Source of the DNA: an uncultured virus (IMG/VR IMGVR_UViG_3300006417_000225)
Lineage: Duplodnaviria > Heunggongvirae > Uroviricota > Caudoviricetes
IMG/VR virus record: IMGVR_UViG_3300006417_000225
Length of the DNA stretch: 64,000 bases
Strand: one strand, 5' to 3'
In this document: in pieces, positions 1-9,456 of the stretch
Numbering within the stretch: the first letter of the stretch is position 1
Layout of the letters: each line of letters starts with the position of its first letter
Notes under the pieces: generated by a model
Databases searched by the model: none
Seen by the model: the letters and a program-made list of their open reading frames with translations, nothing else
Told to the model about the DNA's origin: nothing
Made by a program: the position numbers and the translations under genes

Positions 1-428
1 AAGATAGAGTAATAAAAAGAAGATACCAAAATATAGATATAAAAAAAATTGAAAATAAATATAATGCAACTTATATTGGTGATTTTCAACTAAAAAATAG
101 GCAAGGTGAATGGATAGATATACCATCTGCTGTTTTTTATCAGGAGAATCCACCAAATGGTTATTCTAATTATTTTGGTATTTTTACTGAATCAAAAATG
201 GGAGAATTAAAAATATATATTGTTAATGCTTCTTCAGCTTTTTCTGAACCAATAAATGCAGTAGAAGCAGAAAATGGAGATATATTATATTCTTGTCATG
301 TACATGATTATGTAAAAAGTAGTGATAATTCTGCTACTATTGATGGCGGAAGATCTTATACAAGATATTCTGGTAAATTAGTTAAATTAATTATTGATAA
401 AGATAAATTAGTAGTAAAAAATGAGTAA
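1..428 (+). CDS. Phage hypothetical protein, 5'-truncated by the window edge
   Basis: The frame of the 198..428 ORF is open back to position 3 (DRVIKRRYQN...TESKM), so the real start lies upstream of the window. The C-terminal part has a S-x-H-x-HDY...IDGGRSY motif. Confidence 0.75.
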   Translation, partial: DRVIKRRYQNIDIKKIENKYNATYIGDFQLKNRQGEWIDIPSAVFYQENPPNGYSNYFGIFTESKMGELKIYIVNASSAFSEPINAVEAENGDILYSCHVHDYVKSSDNSATIDGGRSYTRYSGKLVKLIIDKDKLVVKNE

Positions 429-669
429 AAATTATGTTGATGTAAAACATTCTGTATGGGAAAGATATCATTTTAAAGATGATACAGATATGGAAAATCT
501 TGTAGAATTAATAAAAGATTTTGGTATACCAACAGAAGAAGAAGAAGGATTTATTGAATGTGAAACTTTATACGATACTTTAGAAGAAATGTCACTTAAT
601 GATAATAGTGGATTCTCAACAATAGAAGTAATAAAAGATAATAAAACAATTTATCAAAATGGAATATAA
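421..669 (+). CDS. Acidic hypothetical protein (82 aa)
   Basis: ATG-initiated ORF overlapping both neighbours, as expected in an operon. Confidence 0.7.
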   Translation: MSKNYVDVKHSVWERYHFKDDTDMENLVELIKDFGIPTEEEEGFIECETLYDTLEEMSLNDNSGFSTIEVIKDNKTIYQNGI

Positions 670-1108
670 AATACTTGCACTTGATATTGCTACTGTAACA
701 GGATGGGCATCAAATGGCTTTTCTGGTATATGGAATTTAAAACCAGCAAGAGATGAATCTGCTGGTTTTGCTTTATTAAGATTAATATCTAAATTAAAAG
801 AAGCAATAGATCTTACAAGTGCAAATATAATAGTATTTGAAAGACCGGCAGGTAGACATAAATCTTCTATTATTTCTCAAGCAGAAAAACATGGAACAGT
901 TAAATTATTTTGTGAAGAAAATAATATACCTTACAGAGCATATTCTGCAAAAGAAATAAAAAAATTTATTACAAATAATGGTAATGCATCTAAACAAGCT
1001 GTTATAGATGCTGTAAATAAAAAATATAATTTATCTATTACAAATGATAATGAAGCTGATGCAATAGCTTTATATCATTTAGCAGTAGAAGATTTAAAAT
1101 TAGGATAG
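659..1108 (+). CDS. ruvC: RuvC-like Holliday junction resolvase
   Basis: RNase H-fold acidic motifs: ILALDIATVTGW, IIVFERP, IKKFITNNGNASKQAV and DNEADAIAL. Confidence 0.85.
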   Translation: MEYKILALDIATVTGWASNGFSGIWNLKPARDESAGFALLRLISKLKEAIDLTSANIIVFERPAGRHKSSIISQAEKHGTVKLFCEENNIPYRAYSAKEIKKFITNNGNASKQAVIDAVNKKYNLSITNDNEADAIALYHLAVEDLKLG

Positions 1109-1125
1109 ATATTCAAAAATTTAAA

Positions 1126-1542
1126 ATGAAAGAAAAAGTAGATAGGTATTTAAAAAAAGGAGCATCATATAAAAGATTATTAGCAGAGTATAAAAAACAT
1201 AATACATTAGTAATAGGCTTTGATTTTAATTCAACTGTACATGACTATTATAAAGTAGGTGAATCTTATGAGATGGTAAGAAGATTACTAAGAGATTTAA
1301 AAAGTATTAATTGTAAATGTATTTGTTGGACAACTTATAAAGATCCGGAATATGTAATTAAATTCTGTAAAGAAAATAATATACCTTGTGATGGAGTTAA
1401 TTGTGAAGGAGTTCCATTACCATGGAAAAGCAGAAAACCTTTCTTTAATATTTTGCTTGATGATCGTGCAGGTCTACTCCAAACATATAATGATTTAACT
1501 AAATTAGTAAAACATATAACAAATAATGAAGGTAAAAATTAA
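1126..1542 (+). CDS. Capless HAD-superfamily phosphatase-like protein
   Basis: Motif I LVIGFDFNST (DxN rather than DxD), motif II CWT, motifs III/IV RKP...LLDDRAG. Confidence 0.65.
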   Translation: MKEKVDRYLKKGASYKRLLAEYKKHNTLVIGFDFNSTVHDYYKVGESYEMVRRLLRDLKSINCKCICWTTYKDPEYVIKFCKENNIPCDGVNCEGVPLPWKSRKPFFNILLDDRAGLLQTYNDLTKLVKHITNNEGKN

Positions 1543-1972
1543 AAAATTAGTACCTGAAGCTACAATTCCAAAATATGCTAAACCTGGAGATGCTGGACTT
1601 GATTTAACTGCAACATCTATTAGTATAGATGAATATGGATGTATTTCATATGGAACAGGTATAGCCATGGAAATACCAGAAGGATTTCTTGGATTAATAT
1701 TTCCAAGAAGTAGTAATTGTAAAAAGGATTTAATACTAACAAATTCTGTTGGGGTTATAGATTCTAAATATAGAGGAGAAATAATTGCAAAATTTAAACC
1801 TATTGAATACTTTAATATAGATGACAAACCTGAAGAAGAAATGAGGATATATGATATTAATGACAGAATATGTCAAATAATAATAATACCATATCCACAG
1901 ATTGAATTTGAAGAAGTTGAAGAGTTATCAAGTGAAGATAGAAGAGGTGGATTTGGTTCAACTGGAACTTAA
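1526..1972 (+). CDS. dut: Trimeric dUTPase
   Basis: Canonical motifs AGLDL, PRSS, GVIDSKYRGEI, RICQ and RGGFGSTG. Confidence 0.96.
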   Translation: MKVKIKKLVPEATIPKYAKPGDAGLDLTATSISIDEYGCISYGTGIAMEIPEGFLGLIFPRSSNCKKDLILTNSVGVIDSKYRGEIIAKFKPIEYFNIDDKPEEEMRIYDINDRICQIIIIPYPQIEFEEVEELSSEDRRGGFGSTGT

Positions 1973-1986
1973 TTAAACAATTAAAA

Positions 1987-2322
1987 ATGGGATATATTAA
2001 ACATAAAGCTATAATAGTAACTGATTCTAATAAAATATCAATTGAAAAAGTGCATAGAAAATGTAAAAAAATAATTAAAAATTATCTTAAAAAAGTGGAA
2101 TTTAAACATTGTTATGTTCCTATGTTAACAGAAATAGTTAAAAGTGTATGCAATGGATTTTATAGTTTCATGATTGCTACTGATGGAAGTAAAGAGGGTT
2201 GGGAGGTTTCTAATGACATGAAAGATGTAAGGAAAGATATAATTAATTATTTAATTTCTAAGCAAATTGAATATGCTTATATAACATACGGAGGTGATTC
2301 AGATGATAAAACAATAGAATAA
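1987..2322 (+). CDS. Hypothetical protein (111 aa)
   Basis: ORF with an A-rich leader and a DGSKEGW motif; last gene of the + strand arm. Confidence 0.7.
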   Translation: MGYIKHKAIIVTDSNKISIEKVHRKCKKIIKNYLKKVEFKHCYVPMLTEIVKSVCNGFYSFMIATDGSKEGWEVSNDMKDVRKDIINYLISKQIEYAYITYGGDSDDKTIE

Positions 2323-2345
2323 TAATATTTAATTTTAAATTAGTT

Positions 2346-2378
2346 AGGGGGTTGAATAATATGTTCAACCCCCTTTTT
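2346..2378 (+). terminator. Intrinsic terminator between the convergent gene arms
   Basis: AGGGGGTTGAA (2346-2356) pairs with TTCAACCCCCT (2364-2374) and is followed by a T-tract. It is the only GC-rich stem in the convergent intergenic gap. Confidence 0.85.
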
Positions 2379-2383
2379 CTCGC

Positions 2384-5300
2384 CTAATAATTTATAATAT
2401 CATCAAGATTTCTATCAAATAAAGTTTGAGTTTGTATTATAGGTCTCACTATTGGTAAATTTTTACCCCATGCTTTATAAGGATTACCTTCATAATCACT
2501 ATCAAATACAGCTTTTGTAGTAGATGAAATAGCTTTTTCAAAATCTCTTACAACTGATATTGCTGGAATAGGATTTTTTGTCATATTTCCCAGTTCTACT
2601 GGATTAAAATATAAACCTAAATCTTGCTGAGATTTATATAATAAATTATAAGCATATCTAATAGCTGCTAATTTATATTTATCATCATCATCATCTAGAG
2701 AGGCCATTACAAGATATTTTAATGTTAGACATATTGCAGCTATACTTATATACATTACCATTTCATTAACAGCTCTTTTTGCATTTGCTCTTATGTTTGG
2801 GTCAGAATGATTTAATAATTCTCTTATAGTATATCCTTCATTTTTTAATAATTTATATGTAGATATATAAAAACCAGATGTTTTAACACCAAGTTGTTCA
2901 TTATATATTTCATCTCCAAATCTTCTATTAAATCCTTCTGCAAACCAACTCCATTTAAACTGTCCTAATAATCTTAATGCTACATCTTTTTTACCTGAAA
3001 CAGGATTTGATGGGTCTAAATTACCATGCATTTTTTTAATTAAAGCACTTATAAATTGAGATGTATCATATTTTTCTTTTTCTTGCCATTCTTTCCATCT
3101 TTGAGGTGTAAATTTATTTTCATCCAATTCCCCATTTTCTTTAATTAAGTCCCATATTTTAGCTTTACCTTTGCCTGTATCTATATCTTTTGCCATCATT
3201 GCAGCAACTACAGTAGTTCCTTTCATATGAAAATCAGAACTTTTTAACCATCCAAATCCTTTATCTTCTATATAACTAACATTTCCATAATGACTTTCAA
3301 GAAAATCAAAAGTTATATTTTGATTTTCCATAAAATTTACAACTTTATTTCTTTGTTCATCTTGGAAAGCTCCAAAAGATAAATAATTCTTCATAGTATG
3401 ATTCATTACCATAGTTGCTTTTAATAATTCATCTTTAGTAAAGAATTCTCCTGCTGTAGCTTCATGAAAATTAGTTAATAAACCAAATACGGCATTATGT
3501 AGTGCGCTCATAGGTGAAAATGCTAATATTTTTAACTGTGTTAGCCTTATAGAAGTATCTGCTATTTTTGTACCAGATATACTCTTACCACCTAAATTAT
3601 AAAATTGTTCTTTTAATTTTAAAAAATTATTTTTAATATCACTCTCTGCCTGTGTTATTTTAATACCTTGAGATTCTTTTTCAACAATATTGTTATAAGA
3701 AGGTAATAAAGCAATAAGTTCTTTCCTTAATTTAATTGCTTCTTTAGCCTTATCAGATTTTAAAAGAGGTATTACATCTTTTAAAGAGAAAATATTCTCT
3801 GAGAATTGTTCATATTTTTCATTATTTTTAAATCTATTATATAAAGAAGCCTGTATTGTATATTGTACACTGTCTTTTGTTTGATTTGCACCATCTTTTA
3901 ATCCATAGTTAGTAGCTTCTTTTGCTCTTTGAACAAGACTATTGCCAAGAATCATAAAATCTTCTATACTTGCCTTTGTTTTATAAGTTTCAAGTACATT
4001 TATATAATTTAATACAGATTGAACAGGATCTAATCTAAAAGAAGTTTCAAGTTCATTTATTTTCTTTTTTATTATTTCTCTTTTAGAATTATCTGTTACT
4101 ACAGTTAAATCATTTTTTAATTTTTCAATTTCTCTTTCAATATCCCTAAATCTACCTTCTATTATATTATATTTTGGATTTCCTAATTCATCAATTGTAA
4201 CAACATGTGGGTCATATTCAGATGAAAGAAATTCCATACCTACTTTATTAAGCTCTTGTAAACTTTTAGATGGATTATCACTTATTTTACTAACTAAATT
4301 TTTTCTTACAGCTAACATAAAATTACTACCAGTAGAGTTTTTTATCTCTTCTGGTAAAACTTTAGAGCCTTCATATGTAAGATTTCTTACAAAATGATAA
4401 TATTCCCTTAAACTTGGATTGGACATTATACTTAAATAGTTAGAATCAAAAGCATTTGCAGATGCTTTAGGTGCTCTATACAAAGCCATCATACCAATAG
4501 GAACTCTTGATACAAAAGTATTCTTATTTTGAGATAAATTTCCTTTGATATATTGATAATGATACTCTGGATTATTTTTATAATCCCAGGCATCAATATT
4601 TTTTTTAGCAATAGCTGGATTAGAAGATATTGTATTATAATAATCAGTCACTTCTTTTTTTTCAGCTAGATATTCTTCATATCTTTTTTTAGAATATTCT
4701 ATTACTGATTTTGCATAATTTTCTTCTCCAACTTCATTTATAAATTCATTTACTAATTGATCTCTTAAAGAAGCATCAGAAGTTGAGAAAATTAATGGAT
4801 TTAAATAAGCCTCATTTTTATCATACCATGCATCAAGCTCTTTATTTCCAGCAGCTATCGCTGAATTAACTGCTGAAGCAGTAGTTAATCCCATATTACT
4901 AAATAATTCATCAAAAACAACTTTAGAGAATGAACCATTATTTATTAAATCATTCACTATTTTTGTAATATCAATACCTTTCTTCTTATCCTCATACAAT
5001 CTATTAAGTGTAATTTTCTTAGTATTTAAATTCCATCTTTTTGTATTATTACTAAATAAATCATCCCTATAGTTTTGAGATAATTCTCTTTGTATATGAT
5101 TCATTCTAATTTTTCCTGTTGAAGGATCTCTTTCATATATTTGTAACAATTGTTGTTCTGATAAATTACTAATAGTATCTTTAAATTCTTTTATTTTTGC
5201 TTTTTTAGCATCTTTTTCTTTAAGTCTATTTCTTTCTAATTCTGAACCTAAAAATCTTACAAAAACATTTTTACTCTCTTTTATATCTAATCCCTTAGCT

Positions 5301-5935
5301 CTTTGAGCAGAATCAGCAATTAATACTTCTAGGTCATGTTTTGCCATTTTAAATCTTGGATCTGCATTTTTTAAAATGTAATCCTTTATTTCATCTATAA
5401 TTAAACTCTCTAATATAGTTGCTTTGGATACTATTTTACCTATTTCATCTGATGGTATTGATTTATCTACTTTTTCATTTATATTTACCCATGAAGATGC
5501 GGTATATAAATAATCTATCAAAGTTTCTGGAGATTTTTGTATACCTATACTTATTTTCTTCTCTAATTGTTCTAAATCCTGATTAGCTACGTCAATTATA
5601 GATTTACTTCTTGCAGATGCATCATTAGATATATTTCTTATATCTTTAATAGTTTTTTCATATTGTTTTATTCTATTTGCTATTTCATATCTGTTAGATA
5701 AAGGAGATGATTTTAATTTTTCTAATCTTTTTATTTTCTCTTTTAACTGTAATTCAGTATTTTTTTGATTCCTATCAAGAGTGGAAGATGATGGAGTGAT
5801 ACTTATTGAACGTACCATATTATCCATCTCATATTCAATATTTTTTTCAAGTGAATTATGTTTAAACAATTCCTCACCTAATTCTTCAACAGAATCATAT
5901 CTTTTACCTTTATATGTTAATTTGCATGTACTCAT
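2384..5935 (-). CDS. Large virion cargo (predicted ejected) protein, 1183 aa
   Basis: Last gene of the vRNAP operon, helical, with a hydrophobic C-terminal segment (EMVMYISIAAICLTLKYLVMA) followed by DDDDD. The N-terminus MSTCKLTYKGKRY resembles that of the 1845-aa protein. Confidence 0.65.
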   Translation of the reverse strand: MSTCKLTYKGKRYDSVEELGEELFKHNSLEKNIEYEMDNMVRSISITPSSSTLDRNQKNTELQLKEKIKRLEKLKSSPLSNRYEIANRIKQYEKTIKDIRNISNDASARSKSIIDVANQDLEQLEKKISIGIQKSPETLIDYLYTASSWVNINEKVDKSIPSDEIGKIVSKATILESLIIDEIKDYILKNADPRFKMAKHDLEVLIADSAQRAKGLDIKESKNVFVRFLGSELERNRLKEKDAKKAKIKEFKDTISNLSEQQLLQIYERDPSTGKIRMNHIQRELSQNYRDDLFSNNTKRWNLNTKKITLNRLYEDKKKGIDITKIVNDLINNGSFSKVVFDELFSNMGLTTASAVNSAIAAGNKELDAWYDKNEAYLNPLIFSTSDASLRDQLVNEFINEVGEENYAKSVIEYSKKRYEEYLAEKKEVTDYYNTISSNPAIAKKNIDAWDYKNNPEYHYQYIKGNLSQNKNTFVSRVPIGMMALYRAPKASANAFDSNYLSIMSNPSLREYYHFVRNLTYEGSKVLPEEIKNSTGSNFMLAVRKNLVSKISDNPSKSLQELNKVGMEFLSSEYDPHVVTIDELGNPKYNIIEGRFRDIEREIEKLKNDLTVVTDNSKREIIKKKINELETSFRLDPVQSVLNYINVLETYKTKASIEDFMILGNSLVQRAKEATNYGLKDGANQTKDSVQYTIQASLYNRFKNNEKYEQFSENIFSLKDVIPLLKSDKAKEAIKLRKELIALLPSYNNIVEKESQGIKITQAESDIKNNFLKLKEQFYNLGGKSISGTKIADTSIRLTQLKILAFSPMSALHNAVFGLLTNFHEATAGEFFTKDELLKATMVMNHTMKNYLSFGAFQDEQRNKVVNFMENQNITFDFLESHYGNVSYIEDKGFGWLKSSDFHMKGTTVVAAMMAKDIDTGKGKAKIWDLIKENGELDENKFTPQRWKEWQEKEKYDTSQFISALIKKMHGNLDPSNPVSGKKDVALRLLGQFKWSWFAEGFNRRFGDEIYNEQLGVKTSGFYISTYKLLKNEGYTIRELLNHSDPNIRANAKRAVNEMVMYISIAAICLTLKYLVMASLDDDDDKYKLAAIRYAYNLLYKSQQDLGLYFNPVELGNMTKNPIPAISVVRDFEKAISSTTKAVFDSDYEGNPYKAWGKNLPIVRPIIQTQTLFDRNLDDIINY

Positions 5936-5961
5936 CTTTTTCTTATTAAAATTATTTAATT

Positions 5962-8283
5962 TTATGGTTTTTTGCCTTCATTATTATTTTGTTGGGATTG
6001 AAGATAGTATAATAATGCAGGAGGAATAAGTCCTTTAAAAATATTTGGATTATTCATATCAAACATTCCATTATTTCCTTTACTTGATTTTAAATAATTA
6101 TTAGGTTTATGATTTACTATTGTAACATCCCCGTACCCTGAGTCTTCAATATTTTTTAATTTAACATAGTCTAAATTATTTTTTTCAATATACTCTGCTA
6201 TATCATCTGTGGTTACTATATCTCCAAGAATTTTTCTCATTTTTTCTAATTCTTTTGGATTAGAAACCAAATTATCTATATTTTTATATCGTTCAATAGT
6301 TACCTTTAAATTTTTTTCCAACTCTCTTACATGATTTTTATAAAGTTCATTGCTAATTCTATAACTACCTCCTGTCAATGGGTCTTCCCAGCTACCATCA
6401 GGTAATTGAATTAACCTTTGCATATCTTTTTTAGTTTTTTCTATTTGTTCCTTTTTAAGTTGAATGTTTTTCTCAAAATATTCTTTAGTTCTTCTTTTAT
6501 CAGTTAAATCTATATTTGTCCATGAACTATTATTAGCATCAAGTTCAATGGAATTTTTAGAATTTTTACGATAAAAATTATAAACTCCCCCTTCGTTTGT
6601 AGATGAATTATTATCTATTATATTATCTCTTCTATTATAAGGTGCATAATCACTAGCAAGACTCTCATCTGCCGTAAATATAGATTTATTACTTATTAAT
6701 TCTGGATTGTTAGAATTTACTCCTCTATAAACTTTTTCAAATCCATCAGGAAAAGCTTTCTTAAAATTAGTTGATAATTCTTGAATAAATTGTTCAGGTG
6801 TTCCATTATATTCACTACCATCAGGATTTTTCATCCATGTTTTATTATTCTTTGTAGCTTCTTCTATTGCATGATATTCAGATAGTAATAGTTTATTATC
6901 GGGTATTTCCTTGTTCCATTTATTCCAATCAATTTCAGATTCAAAAGGTTTAACTTCTTTTTGAATAGTACTCAACTTACCAATAGCTTCTTCTTTACTT
7001 AATCCTTTAACAGCTTGATAAACATCTTCCAATTTAGCAAATTTACCTGCTTTAGATAATTTATTCCATATACCTAATCCTACTAAATTTAAAGGGTCAG
7101 TAATTACATCTTCTCCTACATTAGCATTATTTTGTTTCCCTTTTAAAGCATCTTTTAAAGAATAATTATCTTTATATGCAGATTGTACCATTTTAGTAGG
7201 AATACTTAAAGGTTGTAATATATTTAAAGGATTATCTTCTTTTTTAGCTTCTTCTTGAGATAAACTTGGATTTTTAAATTGTACTGAACTACCTGTATTA
7301 CCAACAGATAATAAACCTTGTTCAAATTTACTCCAAATAGAAGGTTCTATTCTATATGCATATTTAGAATTTTTAATTAATTCTAATTCTTTTTGACTAA
7401 ATCCTTGTAAGGTTTTTAATCTATCTTTAGAATAATCTGTTTCAAAAGTAGGTTTTCTTTTAAATATATCTTCTACTATTTTATTATTAATAAAATCATC
7501 ATATTCTTTTACATTATTGGAATGCATATTAGTAGCAGATACTCCCATACTTCTACTAAATTTAGGCATCTTATTATCTATATACCAATCTTTAGTATAT
7601 TGAGATTCATATTTTCTTTTATCTTTTGCCCATTGTGGAGCTTCTGCTGTTATAACAACCTCATCTAAAGGTTTAGATAAAATATAAGTATCAGAATTTT
7701 TATCATAATTAGCTATTGCTCCTGAGTTGTATAATTCCCTATATTCAGGAGAATCTATATCATATTCTTTAATATTTTCTGTTTTCCAAGAACCTTCTGC
7801 AAATTTTTTAGCATCTTCTTCATTGTCAAATTTAAATAATTCTTTTCTTTTTTGCGCTTCTTTAAATGCAGCCCAATCATCTTTGTCATCTAATTGTATC
7901 CATTTATCTCCATCTTGAAATAATGTAGGATAAGCATAATGAACATCATCAGCTGATGTATAAGACATTGAATGAGTTGATACAGAACCATCTTCATTTT
8001 TTCTTTCTCCATTTCTTGGTGCTACCCCTTGAACAAAATATTCAGGTTTTCCTGTATATACTTTTACCTTTTTTGTCGGATCTCCTGGTACTACACTCCC
8101 CTCTTCAGCAAAATCACTTTTTATAGGCAATGTGCTAATATAATTATCTAAATCTGCATGATTCCCTTTTTCAATTTGTTTTTGTACCCATTGTCTTTTT
8201 TTAGCTGGAATAATTACTTTATCACCGAATTCATTTTCTAATATTAATTCGTTTTTTTCAGCTTCTACATTAATTTTTCCCAT
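5962..8283 (-). CDS. Polyvalent cargo protein with a C-terminal ADP-ribosyltransferase-like (ART-PolyVal-like) domain, 773 aa
   Basis: WMKNPDGS..PEQFIQ..NFKKAF..VYRG..SIFT..YLKSSKGNNGMFDMNNPNI pattern. The N-terminal EAEKNELIL module is shared with the 389-aa protein, and the IKEYDIxSPEY module with the 648-aa protein. Confidence 0.6.
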   Translation of the reverse strand: MGKINVEAEKNELILENEFGDKVIIPAKKRQWVQKQIEKGNHADLDNYISTLPIKSDFAEEGSVVPGDPTKKVKVYTGKPEYFVQGVAPRNGERKNEDGSVSTHSMSYTSADDVHYAYPTLFQDGDKWIQLDDKDDWAAFKEAQKRKELFKFDNEEDAKKFAEGSWKTENIKEYDIDSPEYRELYNSGAIANYDKNSDTYILSKPLDEVVITAEAPQWAKDKRKYESQYTKDWYIDNKMPKFSRSMGVSATNMHSNNVKEYDDFINNKIVEDIFKRKPTFETDYSKDRLKTLQGFSQKELELIKNSKYAYRIEPSIWSKFEQGLLSVGNTGSSVQFKNPSLSQEEAKKEDNPLNILQPLSIPTKMVQSAYKDNYSLKDALKGKQNNANVGEDVITDPLNLVGLGIWNKLSKAGKFAKLEDVYQAVKGLSKEEAIGKLSTIQKEVKPFESEIDWNKWNKEIPDNKLLLSEYHAIEEATKNNKTWMKNPDGSEYNGTPEQFIQELSTNFKKAFPDGFEKVYRGVNSNNPELISNKSIFTADESLASDYAPYNRRDNIIDNNSSTNEGGVYNFYRKNSKNSIELDANNSSWTNIDLTDKRRTKEYFEKNIQLKKEQIEKTKKDMQRLIQLPDGSWEDPLTGGSYRISNELYKNHVRELEKNLKVTIERYKNIDNLVSNPKELEKMRKILGDIVTTDDIAEYIEKNNLDYVKLKNIEDSGYGDVTIVNHKPNNYLKSSKGNNGMFDMNNPNIFKGLIPPALLYYLQSQQNNNEGKKP

Positions 8284-8285
8284 AA

Positions 8286-9455
8286 TTATTTTATTATTTC
8301 TGTTCCAGGTTTGCTACTTTTATGTGGAGCTTTCCCATTAAAAAATGTATAAATAGTTTCACCTTTATTATTATAATAAGTAATTCTTCCGTCTTTATCC
8401 TGCTGTACTTTACTAATTTTATTATTTAAATCGTCTTCTGGCAATAAAGAATTATATGCTTTTGCTCTTCTTACTGCTGTACCTTTTGAGGATCTTCCTC
8501 CACCTATAGTTACCATATTTAATGATGGTTTAAATACTTCTGATATATCATTTCCTATTTCATAATTCTTTAAACCCTGTATTACATCTTTATTTCTAAA
8601 AGAACCTGCTTGATAAGAGTAATCCATTAAATATTTTTTTGCATCATCAGGTAAGATATCAAAATTTGGAATAGTAGATCTTAATATATCATAATCACTT
8701 TTTATTTTATATTTTATAGCATCTTCTTCAGACATTTTAGGATTTTTAGATATATTTTTTATATGATTATAAATATCAGTAGTCAATCCATATTTTCCAG
8801 TTTCAGCTACACCAGTGGTATCTCCACTATTTCCTTCTACTTTTTTAATATGTTCAAACATTTCTTTACTTAATGCATCATAATCGGATAAACTTTCCAT
8901 ATGTTTTTTAACAATAGCCTCATGTAATCCTTCATCAATTTGATTATTTATTTTTATAATTGCTGGATCATTTTCATTATATGTTTCTATTCCTTCTAAA
9001 GATTCATTTTGAATTTCTTTATCTCTTATTTGATCTGCATTTATATCTTTTACAGGTTTAACAGGATCACTTTCTATTATATCAGTATTTTTCGTATTAA
9101 TTTCTGATTCTCCAATATTTAACCCTTCTTCAGCTATTACTTTTTCTTCAGGAGCTTCTTCTGTATTAAATTGAATATCCACACCACCCTCTTCGTGAGT
9201 TTTTTCATTCTTCAAATATTTTAATATTCTCCACCTACCTCCTTTTGTAAATGATTCTCTTCTTTCTACTATTGTACCATCTTCTGCATAATTATGCTCT
9301 TTAGGAAGTGTTTGTATATATGCATTAATACAATTATCACAACCAATCATTGCTTTTACTTTGGCAGCATCTCTTTTAGGAATAATAGCATAATGTCCTT
9401 CTGATGATTCAAGCAGTAATTCATCTCCTTCTACTTCTATATGTTTATTCTCCAT
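8286..9455 (-). CDS. Cargo protein with a lysozyme-like (GH24/T4 lysozyme fold) domain, 389 aa
   Basis: IKKVEG..GKYGLT..IPNFDILPDDAKKYLMDYSYQAG..KGTAVRRAK matches the phage lysozyme pattern. The N-terminal half is made of two carrier modules shared with neighbouring genes. Confidence 0.6.
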   Translation of the reverse strand: MENKHIEVEGDELLLESSEGHYAIIPKRDAAKVKAMIGCDNCINAYIQTLPKEHNYAEDGTIVERRESFTKGGRWRILKYLKNEKTHEEGGVDIQFNTEEAPEEKVIAEEGLNIGESEINTKNTDIIESDPVKPVKDINADQIRDKEIQNESLEGIETYNENDPAIIKINNQIDEGLHEAIVKKHMESLSDYDALSKEMFEHIKKVEGNSGDTTGVAETGKYGLTTDIYNHIKNISKNPKMSEEDAIKYKIKSDYDILRSTIPNFDILPDDAKKYLMDYSYQAGSFRNKDVIQGLKNYEIGNDISEVFKPSLNMVTIGGGRSSKGTAVRRAKAYNSLLPEDDLNNKISKVQQDKDGRITYYNNKGETIYTFFNGKAPHKSSKPGTEIIK

Positions 9456-9456
9456 G

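Noticed and set aside
1504..1827. Minus-strand 107-aa ORF
   Set aside because: It is the antisense shadow of the well-supported dUTPase.
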